Positions 55,472 through 63,465 of a stretch of DNA of 64,000 nucleotides are shown here, one piece after another. The notes under the pieces were generated by a model, which saw only the letters and a program-made list of their open reading frames with translations, was not told the origin of the DNA and searched no databases. Each line of letters begins with the position of its first letter. The stretch's first letter is position 1. Source of the stretch: a virus (Duplodnaviria > Caudoviricetes); IMG/VR virus record IMGVR_UViG_3300023178_000006. The stretch is one strand, 5' to 3'. The position numbers were made by a program, and so were the translations under genes.

Positions 55472-55671
55472 TGGCACTCAACATATTAAGTAACGGAAAG
55501 AAATGTTTTAACTGTGCTTGTCGTATAAAAGGAGGTGAAGAATATACGATAAAGCTGGAAACATTAGAAGGACCACATCAGGTTTTAATGTGTGAAGAAT
55601 GTGCTAAAGACTTTGACAAAATCATGATTGAATTAGAGGACGTAATAAGTGAAAGAAATAAGTCCGTTTGA
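55471..55671 (+). CDS. Small zinc-finger protein
   Basis: CFNC...CEEC. Confidence 0.6.
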   Translation: MALNILSNGKKCFNCACRIKGGEEYTIKLETLEGPHQVLMCEECAKDFDKIMIELEDVISERNKSV

Positions 55672-56041
55672 TTTTATGAATGCAGCTTCTTTCAGTAAGG
55701 AAGATGTAATTCGTAATAGTGAAAATCCAGATATAACTGAAAAACAATATAACGCATACATCGTCAATCGAGGTTTCGCAAACTTCGAAGATACTATATT
55801 ACACGCAAATGAAATGAATCAACGTCATGAATTGTTCCTTGGTGCTCAATTCGATTATTACCGCTCTGTACTAAGAAAAAGAAAAAGATTTTCAAAATGG
55901 CATAAAGCAGAAAAGAGTAATGACCTTGATGCGATACAAGAAGTGTATCAGTGTAATAGGACTGTAGCAAAGCAATATTTGAAAGTGTTATCTAAAGAAG
56001 AACTTCAAACGGTACATGATAAGCTTATCACTGGTGGCTAA
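55649..56041 (+). CDS. gp62: Clamp loader small subunit (T4 gp62)
   Basis: Y..YIVNR, ANEMN, FDYY...LRKRKRFSKW, A..YL..L. Confidence 0.92.
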   Translation: MKEISPFDFMNAASFSKEDVIRNSENPDITEKQYNAYIVNRGFANFEDTILHANEMNQRHELFLGAQFDYYRSVLRKRKRFSKWHKAEKSNDLDAIQEVYQCNRTVAKQYLKVLSKEELQTVHDKLITGG

Positions 56042-56119
56042 GTTTCCTTATTAATAAATAAGGTTATAATATGGTTATATACCATGCCACAAGTAAAATT
56101 ATAAAGGTGAATATAAATC

Positions 56120-56524
56120 ATGGAAAACGAAGACATTTTCAGAGGAGTGGGTGTAGAAGTTACTTTACCAACACCAGACTCCTTTCTAAAAATCAAAGAG
56201 ACACTAACTCGTATTGGAATCTCTTCTCGTAAAGAAAAGAAGTTATTTCAGTCATGCCATATTCTTCATAAGCAAGGTAGATATTCGATTCTACATTTTA
56301 AAGAATTGTTTATCTTAGATGGTAAGCATAATACGTTTACAGAAGAAGACCACGCAAGACGTAATACGATTGTTAACCTATTAGAAGAGTGGGAATTAAT
56401 TAAAATTGTCGACCCTTCTAAAACTAAAGAGCCCGTTGCTTCTCTTAATCAGATAAAGATTATCGCTTTTAAAGAGAAAGACGAATGGGACCTTACAGTA
56501 AAATATAATATTGGTAAGAAATAG
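56120..56524 (+). CDS. regA: Translational repressor
   Basis: FLKIKETLTRIGI, LFQSCHILHKQGRY.I.HFKELF.LDG, RRNTI..LL..W. Confidence 0.96.
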   Translation: MENEDIFRGVGVEVTLPTPDSFLKIKETLTRIGISSRKEKKLFQSCHILHKQGRYSILHFKELFILDGKHNTFTEEDHARRNTIVNLLEEWELIKIVDPSKTKEPVASLNQIKIIAFKEKDEWDLTVKYNIGKK

Positions 56525-56553
56525 TTGACATTCTAAATAGAATGTGTTATAAT
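56525..56553 (+). promoter_or_regulatory. Sigma70-type promoter (dut)
   Basis: TTGACA-17-TATAAT. Confidence 0.75.
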
Positions 56554-56662
56554 ATAATGATTAGGCAGGTGCAACAACCTTCTACTTCAGAAAAAGAAAA
56601 GAAGGAAAGAATAAAACAGGCACAGAATCCTAGAAACGGTTGAATAGGAATTTGAATACATA

Positions 56663-57178
56663 ATGAGTTTATTATCAGTTTATAGAAAGAACTCTCAAAT
56701 CGATATCCCTACCCTCGCTACTGAAGGGTCAGCATGTTTTGACATTAAATCTTATTTTAAATCAGGACAAAAGATTCGTTGCTTCAATCCAGTCAATAAA
56801 GAGGTTGAAGTATTAACAAAAGAAATTCAACAAGAAGTATCATTCCTTCTTCATCCAGCTCATAGAGCATTTATACCAACAGGTTTAATATTCGACATTC
56901 CCGAAAATCACGTATTGAAAATGTATATTCGTAGTAGTGTGGCAGCTAAAAAGGGATTAGCATTAACAAATGGTGTTGGTATTATTGATAGTGATTACGT
57001 AGACGAAACACATATTTTAGTGACTAATATTTCAGATGCTATTGTACGTATTAATAGTGGTGAAAGGTTAGCGCAGTGTAAGTTGGAAAGAAATTTAGAA
57101 ACAGAAATATGGGAGACCGATAAACCACCTTCTCAGAAAACTGATAGAGAAGGTGGGATAGGAAGTACTGGAGATTAA
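56663..57178 (+). CDS. dut: Trimeric dUTPase
   Basis: ACFD, RSS...KKG, GIIDSDY, GERLAQ, REGGIGSTG. Confidence 0.92.
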   Translation: MSLLSVYRKNSQIDIPTLATEGSACFDIKSYFKSGQKIRCFNPVNKEVEVLTKEIQQEVSFLLHPAHRAFIPTGLIFDIPENHVLKMYIRSSVAAKKGLALTNGVGIIDSDYVDETHILVTNISDAIVRINSGERLAQCKLERNLETEIWETDKPPSQKTDREGGIGSTGD

Positions 57179-57258
57179 GCCAAGAACTTTTCAGAGACTG
57201 TTAATAAATCGCCAGACTTCATTAATTCGTCGAATTTTTTAAATAAATCGTATAGCAT
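57175..57258 (-). CDS. Putative 27-aa late peptide
   Basis: MLYDLFKKFDELMKSGDLLTVSEKFLA; AGGAG RBS; own TATAAATA at 57292-57299. Confidence 0.45.
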   Translation of the reverse strand: MLYDLFKKFDELMKSGDLLTVSEKFLA

Positions 57259-57269
57259 TGTATTTCTCC

Positions 57270-57299
57270 TATAAATATTTTGTATATACTTTATTTATA
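57270..57299. promoter_or_regulatory. Face-to-face late promoters (TATAAATA + at 57270-77, - at 57292-99)
   Basis: Two exact late boxes on opposite strands. Confidence 0.6.
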
Positions 57300-57336
57300 T
57301 CAAATGTTACATGTGTGTGACAAAAAGGTGACAAAA

Positions 57337-57486
57337 ATGAAAAAAGATGACACGTTAATCATTAAGATTAACAAAGAACAAAAGAAAGAATTCATACAGA
57401 TATGCAAAGATGATGACACATCTGCATCGCGTGAAGTACGTAATTTTATTAAAAACTTTATTAAAACACACGCAGAAGCTGTATAA
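57337..57486 (+). CDS. Ribbon-helix-helix DNA-binding protein (CopG/Arc-like)
   Basis: TLIIKI strand, then NKEQKKEFIQIC and SASREVRNFIKNFI helices; 49 aa. Confidence 0.7.
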   Translation: MKKDDTLIIKINKEQKKEFIQICKDDDTSASREVRNFIKNFIKTHAEAV

Positions 57487-57489
57487 ATA
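57482..57489 (+). promoter_or_regulatory. Late promoter for hsp20
   Basis: Exact TATAAATA. Confidence 0.65.
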
Positions 57490-57491
57490 AG

Positions 57492-57580
57492 TTTTGTATA
57501 CGCCGAGAGGGTATACGAAAATGGTGGCGCGCTAACTAGCGGCCGAATAATAATATCTAGCTTAATAGGAGATAAAAATG
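57492..57580 (+). promoter_or_regulatory. Structured hsp20 leader, ROSE-like thermometer candidate
   Basis: GAGA-capped 5' hairpin; SD AGGAG sequestered in UAUCUAGCU-UAAU-AGGAGAUA with a bulged G. Confidence 0.45.
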
Positions 57581-58024
57581 ACTGGATTAAATATAAACCA
57601 CTTAACCCCTTTTGCTGTCGGATTCGATAGAGTGTTTGACAGATTAGTTGAATTCCCACAAACTCACGCAGCAACAGGATTCCCACCTTATAATATCAGA
57701 AGAAATAAAGACGGTGATAAGTTCTCTATTGAACTTGCATTGGCTGGTCTCGATATTAATGATGTGGATATTGAAGTTAAAGAAGATGTACTTACAGTAA
57801 AATCTACTTGGGACGAAAAACCAGAAGATAATACTTTAGTAATACACAAAGGAATTTCTCAAAAGAAATTTACTCGTAGCTTTACATTAGCTGACGACTT
57901 AAAAGTAGTTGGTGCTAACTTCAAAAATGGTTTGTTGGTCATTGGACTCGAAAGGATTATTCCTGAAGATAAAAGACCACAAAAAATCAAAATTGACAAC
58001 AAGAAAGAATTCTTGGTAGGTTAA
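57578..58024 (+). CDS. hsp20: Small heat shock protein
   Basis: VGFDR.F, FPPYNI, IELALAG, HKGIS...F.RSFTL, A.FKNGLL.I.L. Confidence 0.95.
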   Translation: MTGLNINHLTPFAVGFDRVFDRLVEFPQTHAATGFPPYNIRRNKDGDKFSIELALAGLDINDVDIEVKEDVLTVKSTWDEKPEDNTLVIHKGISQKKFTRSFTLADDLKVVGANFKNGLLVIGLERIIPEDKRPQKIKIDNKKEFLVG

Positions 58025-58029
58025 TTTTT

Positions 58030-58061
58030 AATCCGGGAGGGCGCAATGCTCTCCCGATTTT
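58030..58061 (+). terminator. Intrinsic terminator after hsp20
   Basis: GGGAGGGC-GCAAT-GCTCTCCC then TTTT. Confidence 0.7.
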
Positions 58062-58091
58062 ATAACATGTTATTGAAAGGAAATTTAAATT

Positions 58092-58625
58092 ATGACTATT
58101 GAAGGAAATAAGGTACCTAACGTTACCTTTAAAGTTAGGGAACTCAATAAGGAAACTGCAGAATACGAATGGACTCACCCAAATACCGATTGGTACTTTG
58201 CTGGTAAGCGAGTAATTGTATTCTCACTACCTGGTGCATTCACACCAACTTGCTCAACTTTCCAAGTGCCTGGATTTGAAGCTCGTTATGATGATTTCGT
58301 AAAAGAAGGAATTGATGATATATATTGTATGTCTTGTAATGATTCTTTTGTTATGAATGCTTGGGCAAAAGACCAAGGAGTGAAAAAAGTAAAATTCATT
58401 CCAGATGGTTCATGTGAATTTACCGCAGGTATGGATATGTTAGTTGCGAAAGACAATGTAGGATTCGGTAAAAGGTCTTGGAGATATGCTATGATTGTAA
58501 ATGATGGTGTAGTTGAAAAGGTTTTTGAAGAGCCTGGCAAATCTGATGATTGTGCAGATGACCCTTATGGAGAAACTTCGCCTGGAAATATTCTTGCATT
58601 TTTACAAGGTACTCTAGAAAATTAA
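58092..58625 (+). CDS. Peroxiredoxin (Prx5-like)
   Basis: FSLPGAFTPTCS, ND.FVM.AW, PDG..EF, RSWRYAM. Confidence 0.93.
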   Translation: MTIEGNKVPNVTFKVRELNKETAEYEWTHPNTDWYFAGKRVIVFSLPGAFTPTCSTFQVPGFEARYDDFVKEGIDDIYCMSCNDSFVMNAWAKDQGVKKVKFIPDGSCEFTAGMDMLVAKDNVGFGKRSWRYAMIVNDGVVEKVFEEPGKSDDCADDPYGETSPGNILAFLQGTLEN

Positions 58626-58650
58626 AAACTTCGTGACATCGAGGTTTTTG

Positions 58651-58676
58651 AGGGGACAAGGACGTCCCCTTTTTTT
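58651..58676 (+). terminator. Intrinsic terminator
   Basis: AGGGGAC/GTCCCCT then T-run, between convergent genes. Confidence 0.75.
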
Positions 58677-60522
58677 ATCCTACTAAACCAGGGATTGCTA
58701 TGCCGAATCCTGACTTATCACCACTACCATAACCAACTGCATAAGAAGTTACAGATGACATGTTCTGAGCACTTGATGACGCGATATTATAAACAATAGG
58801 TGCACCAGAATTATTTACATACGAGAATCCATTATTACCACCACTCATACCAAACATATTAGACAGGTCTATCATTTCAGGAGTCATTGTATCTTGGTAT
58901 TGTTTATCAATTAATTCTTGTTGTCTTTGTGCTTCTGCTACTCTCTTATTATAATCTTCTAATGATTCATTACGTCTCTGTAATATATTTGAAGATGTAT
59001 CAACTTGGCGTTGAAGAAGGTCTCTATCTTCTTCGGCTTCTGCAATCATTCTTTCTAAACGTCTCTTAGTAACTGACCTACCATTTACTGTATAAGTTCC
59101 AGTAGCATTAGGTTCTGCGTCTAGAATTGCTTGTAAACTATTGACTTCTTCTATAGAAGTGTTAAGTGCTTCTGTGTTATCATCGACGAATTTTTTCGCT
59201 GCATCTCTAACGGCGGTTAGTGCAGCAAGTTGTTCTTCAACACTTCCACCTATAGCATCTTGTTCTGCTCTTAGTGCATCTTCAACTGAGTTAGGTAATT
59301 CGTCAATACCTTCACCAGAATCTTCGAACCATCTCTTAACTCCTAATAACGCTGAAGTACCAAATCCCCATGCAGCACCTGATATAGCACCTGCTAATGC
59401 GCCGGGTCCAGCACCAACTCCCATTCCCAATGCACCGACTGCGGCACCTGTACCAGCACCAACTCCAGCACTAATTACTGTATCAGTTACTAAATCACTA
59501 ATACCCGTATCACGTGCTTCAATTGCTGCTAATAAATCTGCTTCTGCGGTATTTGCTGCCTCTAACTCTTGTTCATCTATTAAACCAATCACAGTTGCTG
59601 CAGTTATCCCCGCACCTACCATTCCTGGCTTTTTACTTCTTAATAAGGAGTTTTTAGTTCTATTCCACCAAGAATTTGCAGCTCTGTCACCGGCAGCTGT
59701 TCTTAGTGCAGTTTCTCTAGCACCACCTGTTAATAATTGTCCTGTTCTATTACTTCTTGGATTACCGTCATCATCTATTGTAAAGTTTCTTGGAGGAGTT
59801 CTAGGAGGTGGTTGATTTCTACCTCCGCCTGCACCTGCAGTTCCTGGATTAACTACGGGTGGAGTTCCACCTCGTCCAAGTAGACTTTTAAGTCCTAATA
59901 TACCTAAAGCTGCTGAACCTACCCCAGCGAGAATTTTTCCTAAAACTACAAGTGATGCTATTGTTGCGAATCCTGCAGCAACTTTATCCCATTCAACTTT
60001 TCCTAAGAAATCTACGAGTTTTCGAAAGCCATCTGCTATTGTTGGTATCTCTACACCAAACTGTTCTTCAATCATACCAGCGATGAATTCATAAGCGAAT
60101 GCACCACCAACTAATAAATTACCCCACCTTTTGAAGAAACCAGCGATACCACCAAAAATGCTTTTCATCGATTTAATTAAGGAGTTATTATTTCTGTCTG
60201 CTTTCTTTTGTGCTTTTAAATCAGCAATAGATTTACGCTTCGCAGTCTCTTGGTCTCTCTTAGCGTTTTCAGCTTCAACTTCATAATACTTCTGACGTTC
60301 TTCATCAGACAATGCTCGAAGTTTTGCTTCTTGTTCAGCTAGTGAAGCGGCCGCCGCAGACGATTGACTAATTCCCTTAAATGCCTGAGACATCTCATTG
60401 AATACGCCATTAAATTTCGCAAGTTCAACCTTGACTTCTTTAATAGAGTCAGGTCCTTTGGAGCGAAGTGCTTCACCCTCTTCTTTTAACTGATTGACAA
60501 TAGCTTCTGTTTCTGGTGACAT
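58675..60522 (-). CDS. Tape-measure-like / baseplate hub protein (gp29 position)
   Basis: Coiled coils, hydrophobic Gly-zipper stretches, located directly after gp26/gp51. Confidence 0.55.
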   Translation of the reverse strand: MSPETEAIVNQLKEEGEALRSKGPDSIKEVKVELAKFNGVFNEMSQAFKGISQSSAAAASLAEQEAKLRALSDEERQKYYEVEAENAKRDQETAKRKSIADLKAQKKADRNNNSLIKSMKSIFGGIAGFFKRWGNLLVGGAFAYEFIAGMIEEQFGVEIPTIADGFRKLVDFLGKVEWDKVAAGFATIASLVVLGKILAGVGSAALGILGLKSLLGRGGTPPVVNPGTAGAGGGRNQPPPRTPPRNFTIDDDGNPRSNRTGQLLTGGARETALRTAAGDRAANSWWNRTKNSLLRSKKPGMVGAGITAATVIGLIDEQELEAANTAEADLLAAIEARDTGISDLVTDTVISAGVGAGTGAAVGALGMGVGAGPGALAGAISGAAWGFGTSALLGVKRWFEDSGEGIDELPNSVEDALRAEQDAIGGSVEEQLAALTAVRDAAKKFVDDNTEALNTSIEEVNSLQAILDAEPNATGTYTVNGRSVTKRRLERMIAEAEEDRDLLQRQVDTSSNILQRRNESLEDYNKRVAEAQRQQELIDKQYQDTMTPEMIDLSNMFGMSGGNNGFSYVNNSGAPIVYNIASSSAQNMSSVTSYAVGYGSGDKSGFGIAIPGLVG

Positions 60523-60702
60523 TTATCGTGCCTTTGCTTTCTCGTTTTCTTGTTCTATCCAATTAATTAACATTTGGAAATATAAATCCCTTTCATAAGG
60601 AATCAATCTTTCTATTTCATCTATACTGTATTTATGGTGCTGGGCCAAACTGAAGACAATTTGATAATAGTCTTCAAGCCTCAAATGGACCAGCGCTAGG
60701 TA
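60523..60702 (-). CDS. gp51: gp51-like C-terminal segment, no ATG; probably reached by -1 frameshift from gp26
   Basis: YLALVHLRLEDYYQIVFSLAQHHKYSIDEIERLIPYERDLYFQMLINWIEQ...; begins at the T TTT TTT heptamer. Confidence 0.75.
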   Translation of the reverse strand, partial: YLALVHLRLEDYYQIVFSLAQHHKYSIDEIERLIPYERDLYFQMLINWIEQENEKAKAR

Positions 60703-61397
60703 AAAAAAGCGCGCATCCCCTCAATTACAAATGTTTTTTCGTCTCCGTTCTTATTTGTATAAGGTAATTCGTGCCTCAATTTTGGAGAAGTCTCAAAGAA
60801 TTTTTGTATGTCTTTAACTACTTCACCACTCAAATCGTCCATAAATGCGTCAATTTGTTCTTGGTCGTACTCTTTAAAATAATGTACTTCATCTTCTGAA
60901 GCTACAAAATCTAAACATGTACATAATGATAAGTAATCCGTTAACGGGTCATCTTCTTCAATAGTAGAAATCTTAATGAATTCGTCTATTGTTGGATACT
61001 TTAAGAAGAGTGTATACTCGTCATTAATTTTAATTTCTTTACTATGCTCTTCGTTTTTCGTTATCGATACATTGTCAATATCAAGCGTCAATGTAATTTG
61101 TTCTTCAGTATCTGAATCTTTAATATTAAACTCAACAATATTGTTTACAGACCTTGCACGTAATACTAATAGAACGTACTCAAGGTCAAATACTGCAAGT
61201 TCAGATACATCAACATCAATTAAACAATTATTAATAACTTGTTTTGCCGCGAGCATTTCTTGCATTGGGTCTTCTGAAGCTTGACCAATCAAAAGAATTT
61301 TTTCTTCTTTTACAGTGAAAGGTCGGTACTTCACTTTTTCACCTGATGAAGGAAGCGTAAGCTCCAAAATCGGCAAATCAATTTTTGGCAGTGCCAT
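60696..61397 (-). CDS. gp26: Baseplate hub assembly protein (T4 gp26)
   Basis: MALPKI..P..EL.LPS.G.KVKYRPFTVKEEKILL, FDLEY..L.LRARSV, LKYP, IEGMRAFF. Confidence 0.9.
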   Translation of the reverse strand: MALPKIDLPILELTLPSSGEKVKYRPFTVKEEKILLIGQASEDPMQEMLAAKQVINNCLIDVDVSELAVFDLEYVLLVLRARSVNNIVEFNIKDSDTEEQITLTLDIDNVSITKNEEHSKEIKINDEYTLFLKYPTIDEFIKISTIEEDDPLTDYLSLCTCLDFVASEDEVHYFKEYDQEQIDAFMDDLSGEVVKDIQKFFETSPKLRHELPYTNKNGDEKTFVIEGMRAFFT

Positions 61398-61422
61398 AAT
61401 ATATTTCTCCTATAATATAAAT

Positions 61423-62205
61423 TTAATCGCCAGTCAATCTATCCCAAGAATTTCTTACTCTTGTTAATCGATTAACCGCATCTTGTATAGATGTAGGTCT
61501 TCCGGCGTCTTTTGTCTGTTTTAAAACATCAACCACTCCAGCTAAATTAGATAGAGTTTCTAAGAATCCACCATTGGTTCTTCTTGATGGTTTACCAGTT
61601 TTATCACCACTATACCATATTCTGTCGTATGCAAAAGTTACTGGCATCGTTAAGAATGAATTTTGACTATCCCAGTCTAATGCTAAATCTCCAATGCTAT
61701 ATGGATAAACATTTTCTAAAACAACTTCATAATACTTATCGTCATTACTAAAACTTTCAGTGGAATAATGTCTTATTGTAATACGACATGCATAGTCGTC
61801 TTTATATCCCATTTCAAAAGGCATTTGGCCTTGAGTTGCAAATTCTCCGTCGATTGCAGAAAAAGAACCTTCTTTTGTACTAAAGTTTAAAACTCTTTGA
61901 ATCCAGTTATGAAAAAACTGTAAAACTTGGTGGTCTGAGTCAACCATAAAATTTGCAGTAATAGGTGAGCTTGACATCTCTAATGGGAATTGAGTTGTAA
62001 GTTGAGCGACCGCAGTAAACTGTCCGTTCTCAATATTAATGCCTGGGAAGTTTACACTACTACAAAACAATCTAATATCTCGTTCTGTTAAACCAGAACC
62101 TGTTTCAACTGGAAATTGGTCAATACGTACTTCAAATAACGAAGTACGAGCTAGTCCGCCATATTTGTCTAATGTTGTTTTAAAGTCACTAATTTTAAAT
62201 GGCAT
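61423..62205 (-). CDS. gp54: Baseplate tail-tube initiator (gp54-like)
   Basis: GGLAR..LFEV, LFC.SV.FPG, FF..W, L.NVYP..IG.L.L, VTFAY. Confidence 0.7.
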   Translation of the reverse strand: MPFKISDFKTTLDKYGGLARTSLFEVRIDQFPVETGSGLTERDIRLFCSSVNFPGINIENGQFTAVAQLTTQFPLEMSSSPITANFMVDSDHQVLQFFHNWIQRVLNFSTKEGSFSAIDGEFATQGQMPFEMGYKDDYACRITIRHYSTESFSNDDKYYEVVLENVYPYSIGDLALDWDSQNSFLTMPVTFAYDRIWYSGDKTGKPSRRTNGGFLETLSNLAGVVDVLKQTKDAGRPTSIQDAVNRLTRVRNSWDRLTGD

Positions 62206-62209
62206 TTAA

Positions 62210-62908
62210 TTATCCTTTTAGTATTGCTTTACGTGAGTCTGCATATACTTTCTGTTTAGATGCACCTTGGAACATTGCTGTTGGTAAGAACAATGCAATA
62301 TCCCACTCAGACGGATTAATGTAAATAAATCTTGACCTAATTTGTTTATTTAAATAATGCTTTATTGCTGGTTTAAAGAACCTATATTTAGAAGCACTAT
62401 TTAATAATTCGTAATTAGCAATAACTCTTGTTGTTTCGTCGTATTTTTTATTATTGACGATTCCATACAAAGCATCCATTAGTTGACCTCTCATCACTGG
62501 AGGTAAGTAATGGAAGTTAATTCCTAAAAATCCACCTTTAGCTTTATTTATTGGGAATATCAAAGGGAACCTATCATAATATGGAAGCGTATCTTTATGT
62601 TTAGCATCGTATTCAAAGGTATACATACTTCCCATCATCATACGACTTTGTGCAACGGCACGTATTCTTTCTTGACCTGCTGATTGAATGAATGTTTCAC
62701 CGGTGATACCGGTTGCAGCTGAACCTGCACGTGTTACTTTCATTGCAGCATTTCTATACCATTCACGTGCGGCCTTCGAACGTGCGGGTACCTCACCCGC
62801 GCGGATGCCTTTTGCTAAAATATCAGTAAATACTTGTGCACCTCGTGCTGTACCACTTGGTTGCTTTTCTGCTTCACTTAATACTTGTTCAAATGATTTT
62901 GCTGCCAA
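62210..62908 (-). CDS. gp2: DNA end protector protein (T4 gp2)
   Basis: G.MY.F.YDAKHKDTLPYYDRFPLI, GFLGINFHYLP, PAIKHYL, W..A.FLP..F. Confidence 0.92.
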   Translation of the reverse strand: MAAKSFEQVLSEAEKQPSGTARGAQVFTDILAKGIRAGEVPARSKAAREWYRNAAMKVTRAGSAATGITGETFIQSAGQERIRAVAQSRMMMGSMYTFEYDAKHKDTLPYYDRFPLIFPINKAKGGFLGINFHYLPPVMRGQLMDALYGIVNNKKYDETTRVIANYELLNSASKYRFFKPAIKHYLNKQIRSRFIYINPSEWDIALFLPTAMFQGASKQKVYADSRKAILKG

Positions 62909-62909
62909 C

Positions 62910-63368
62910 TTATCTGACTCCTAATTCTTTTTCGGTCATGATTACAAATTCCCACCCTCGGTCAGCACAATATTGTCTTGCTGCTTTCCATTTAGCACTA
63001 TTGATACCATAATTCTTAACTTCATTAAGATATCTTCTCGATACTCTTCCAGATGGTGTGTTATTTTTCTTAGAAGGGTCTGGAGGTAACGTTTGCTTAT
63101 ATGGTTTAATTTCTATCATAATAGTCTGTATTTTACCTTCTGGACTCTTCTTATGCACTATTACATCAGGAAAGTATCTGTGTACTCTACTATCTATAGG
63201 ACTCCTATAAGGAACTATCACTTCTTCGCTTTGCCACCATATAACATCAGGATGTTCATCAACAAATCTGAAGAATTTAAATTCCCAAAGTGACCTATAA
63301 ATTATCTTCGTCGGGTCTCCTTTGTATTTAGCTGGATTCTTTGGACGAAAACGACCCTTGTATGCCAT
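62910..63368 (-). CDS. gp4: Head completion nuclease (T4 gp4)
   Basis: MAYKGRFRPKNP.KYKGD...IIYRSLWE, W.SEE..VPY, RYFPD, EIKP, N..KW.AA. Confidence 0.93.
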   Translation of the reverse strand: MAYKGRFRPKNPAKYKGDPTKIIYRSLWEFKFFRFVDEHPDVIWWQSEEVIVPYRSPIDSRVHRYFPDVIVHKKSPEGKIQTIMIEIKPYKQTLPPDPSKKNNTPSGRVSRRYLNEVKNYGINSAKWKAARQYCADRGWEFVIMTEKELGVR

Positions 63369-63389
63369 AATATTCTCTTCACTACTCCA

Positions 63390-63424
63390 TATAAATAATT
63401 GAAAGATATCCACAGTTATTTATT
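63390..63424. promoter_or_regulatory. Face-to-face late promoters for gp48 (+, 63390-97) and gp4 (-, 63417-24)
   Basis: TATAAATA and AATAAATA. Confidence 0.65.
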
Positions 63425-63465
63425 AAAACTGTATGGAAAACAATTTTACTTAAAAAGAGACTCTT

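Noticed and set aside
59141-59815. 224-aa plus-strand ORF
   Set aside because: Antisense shadow of the Ala/Gly-rich tape-measure-like gene; no RBS or motif.
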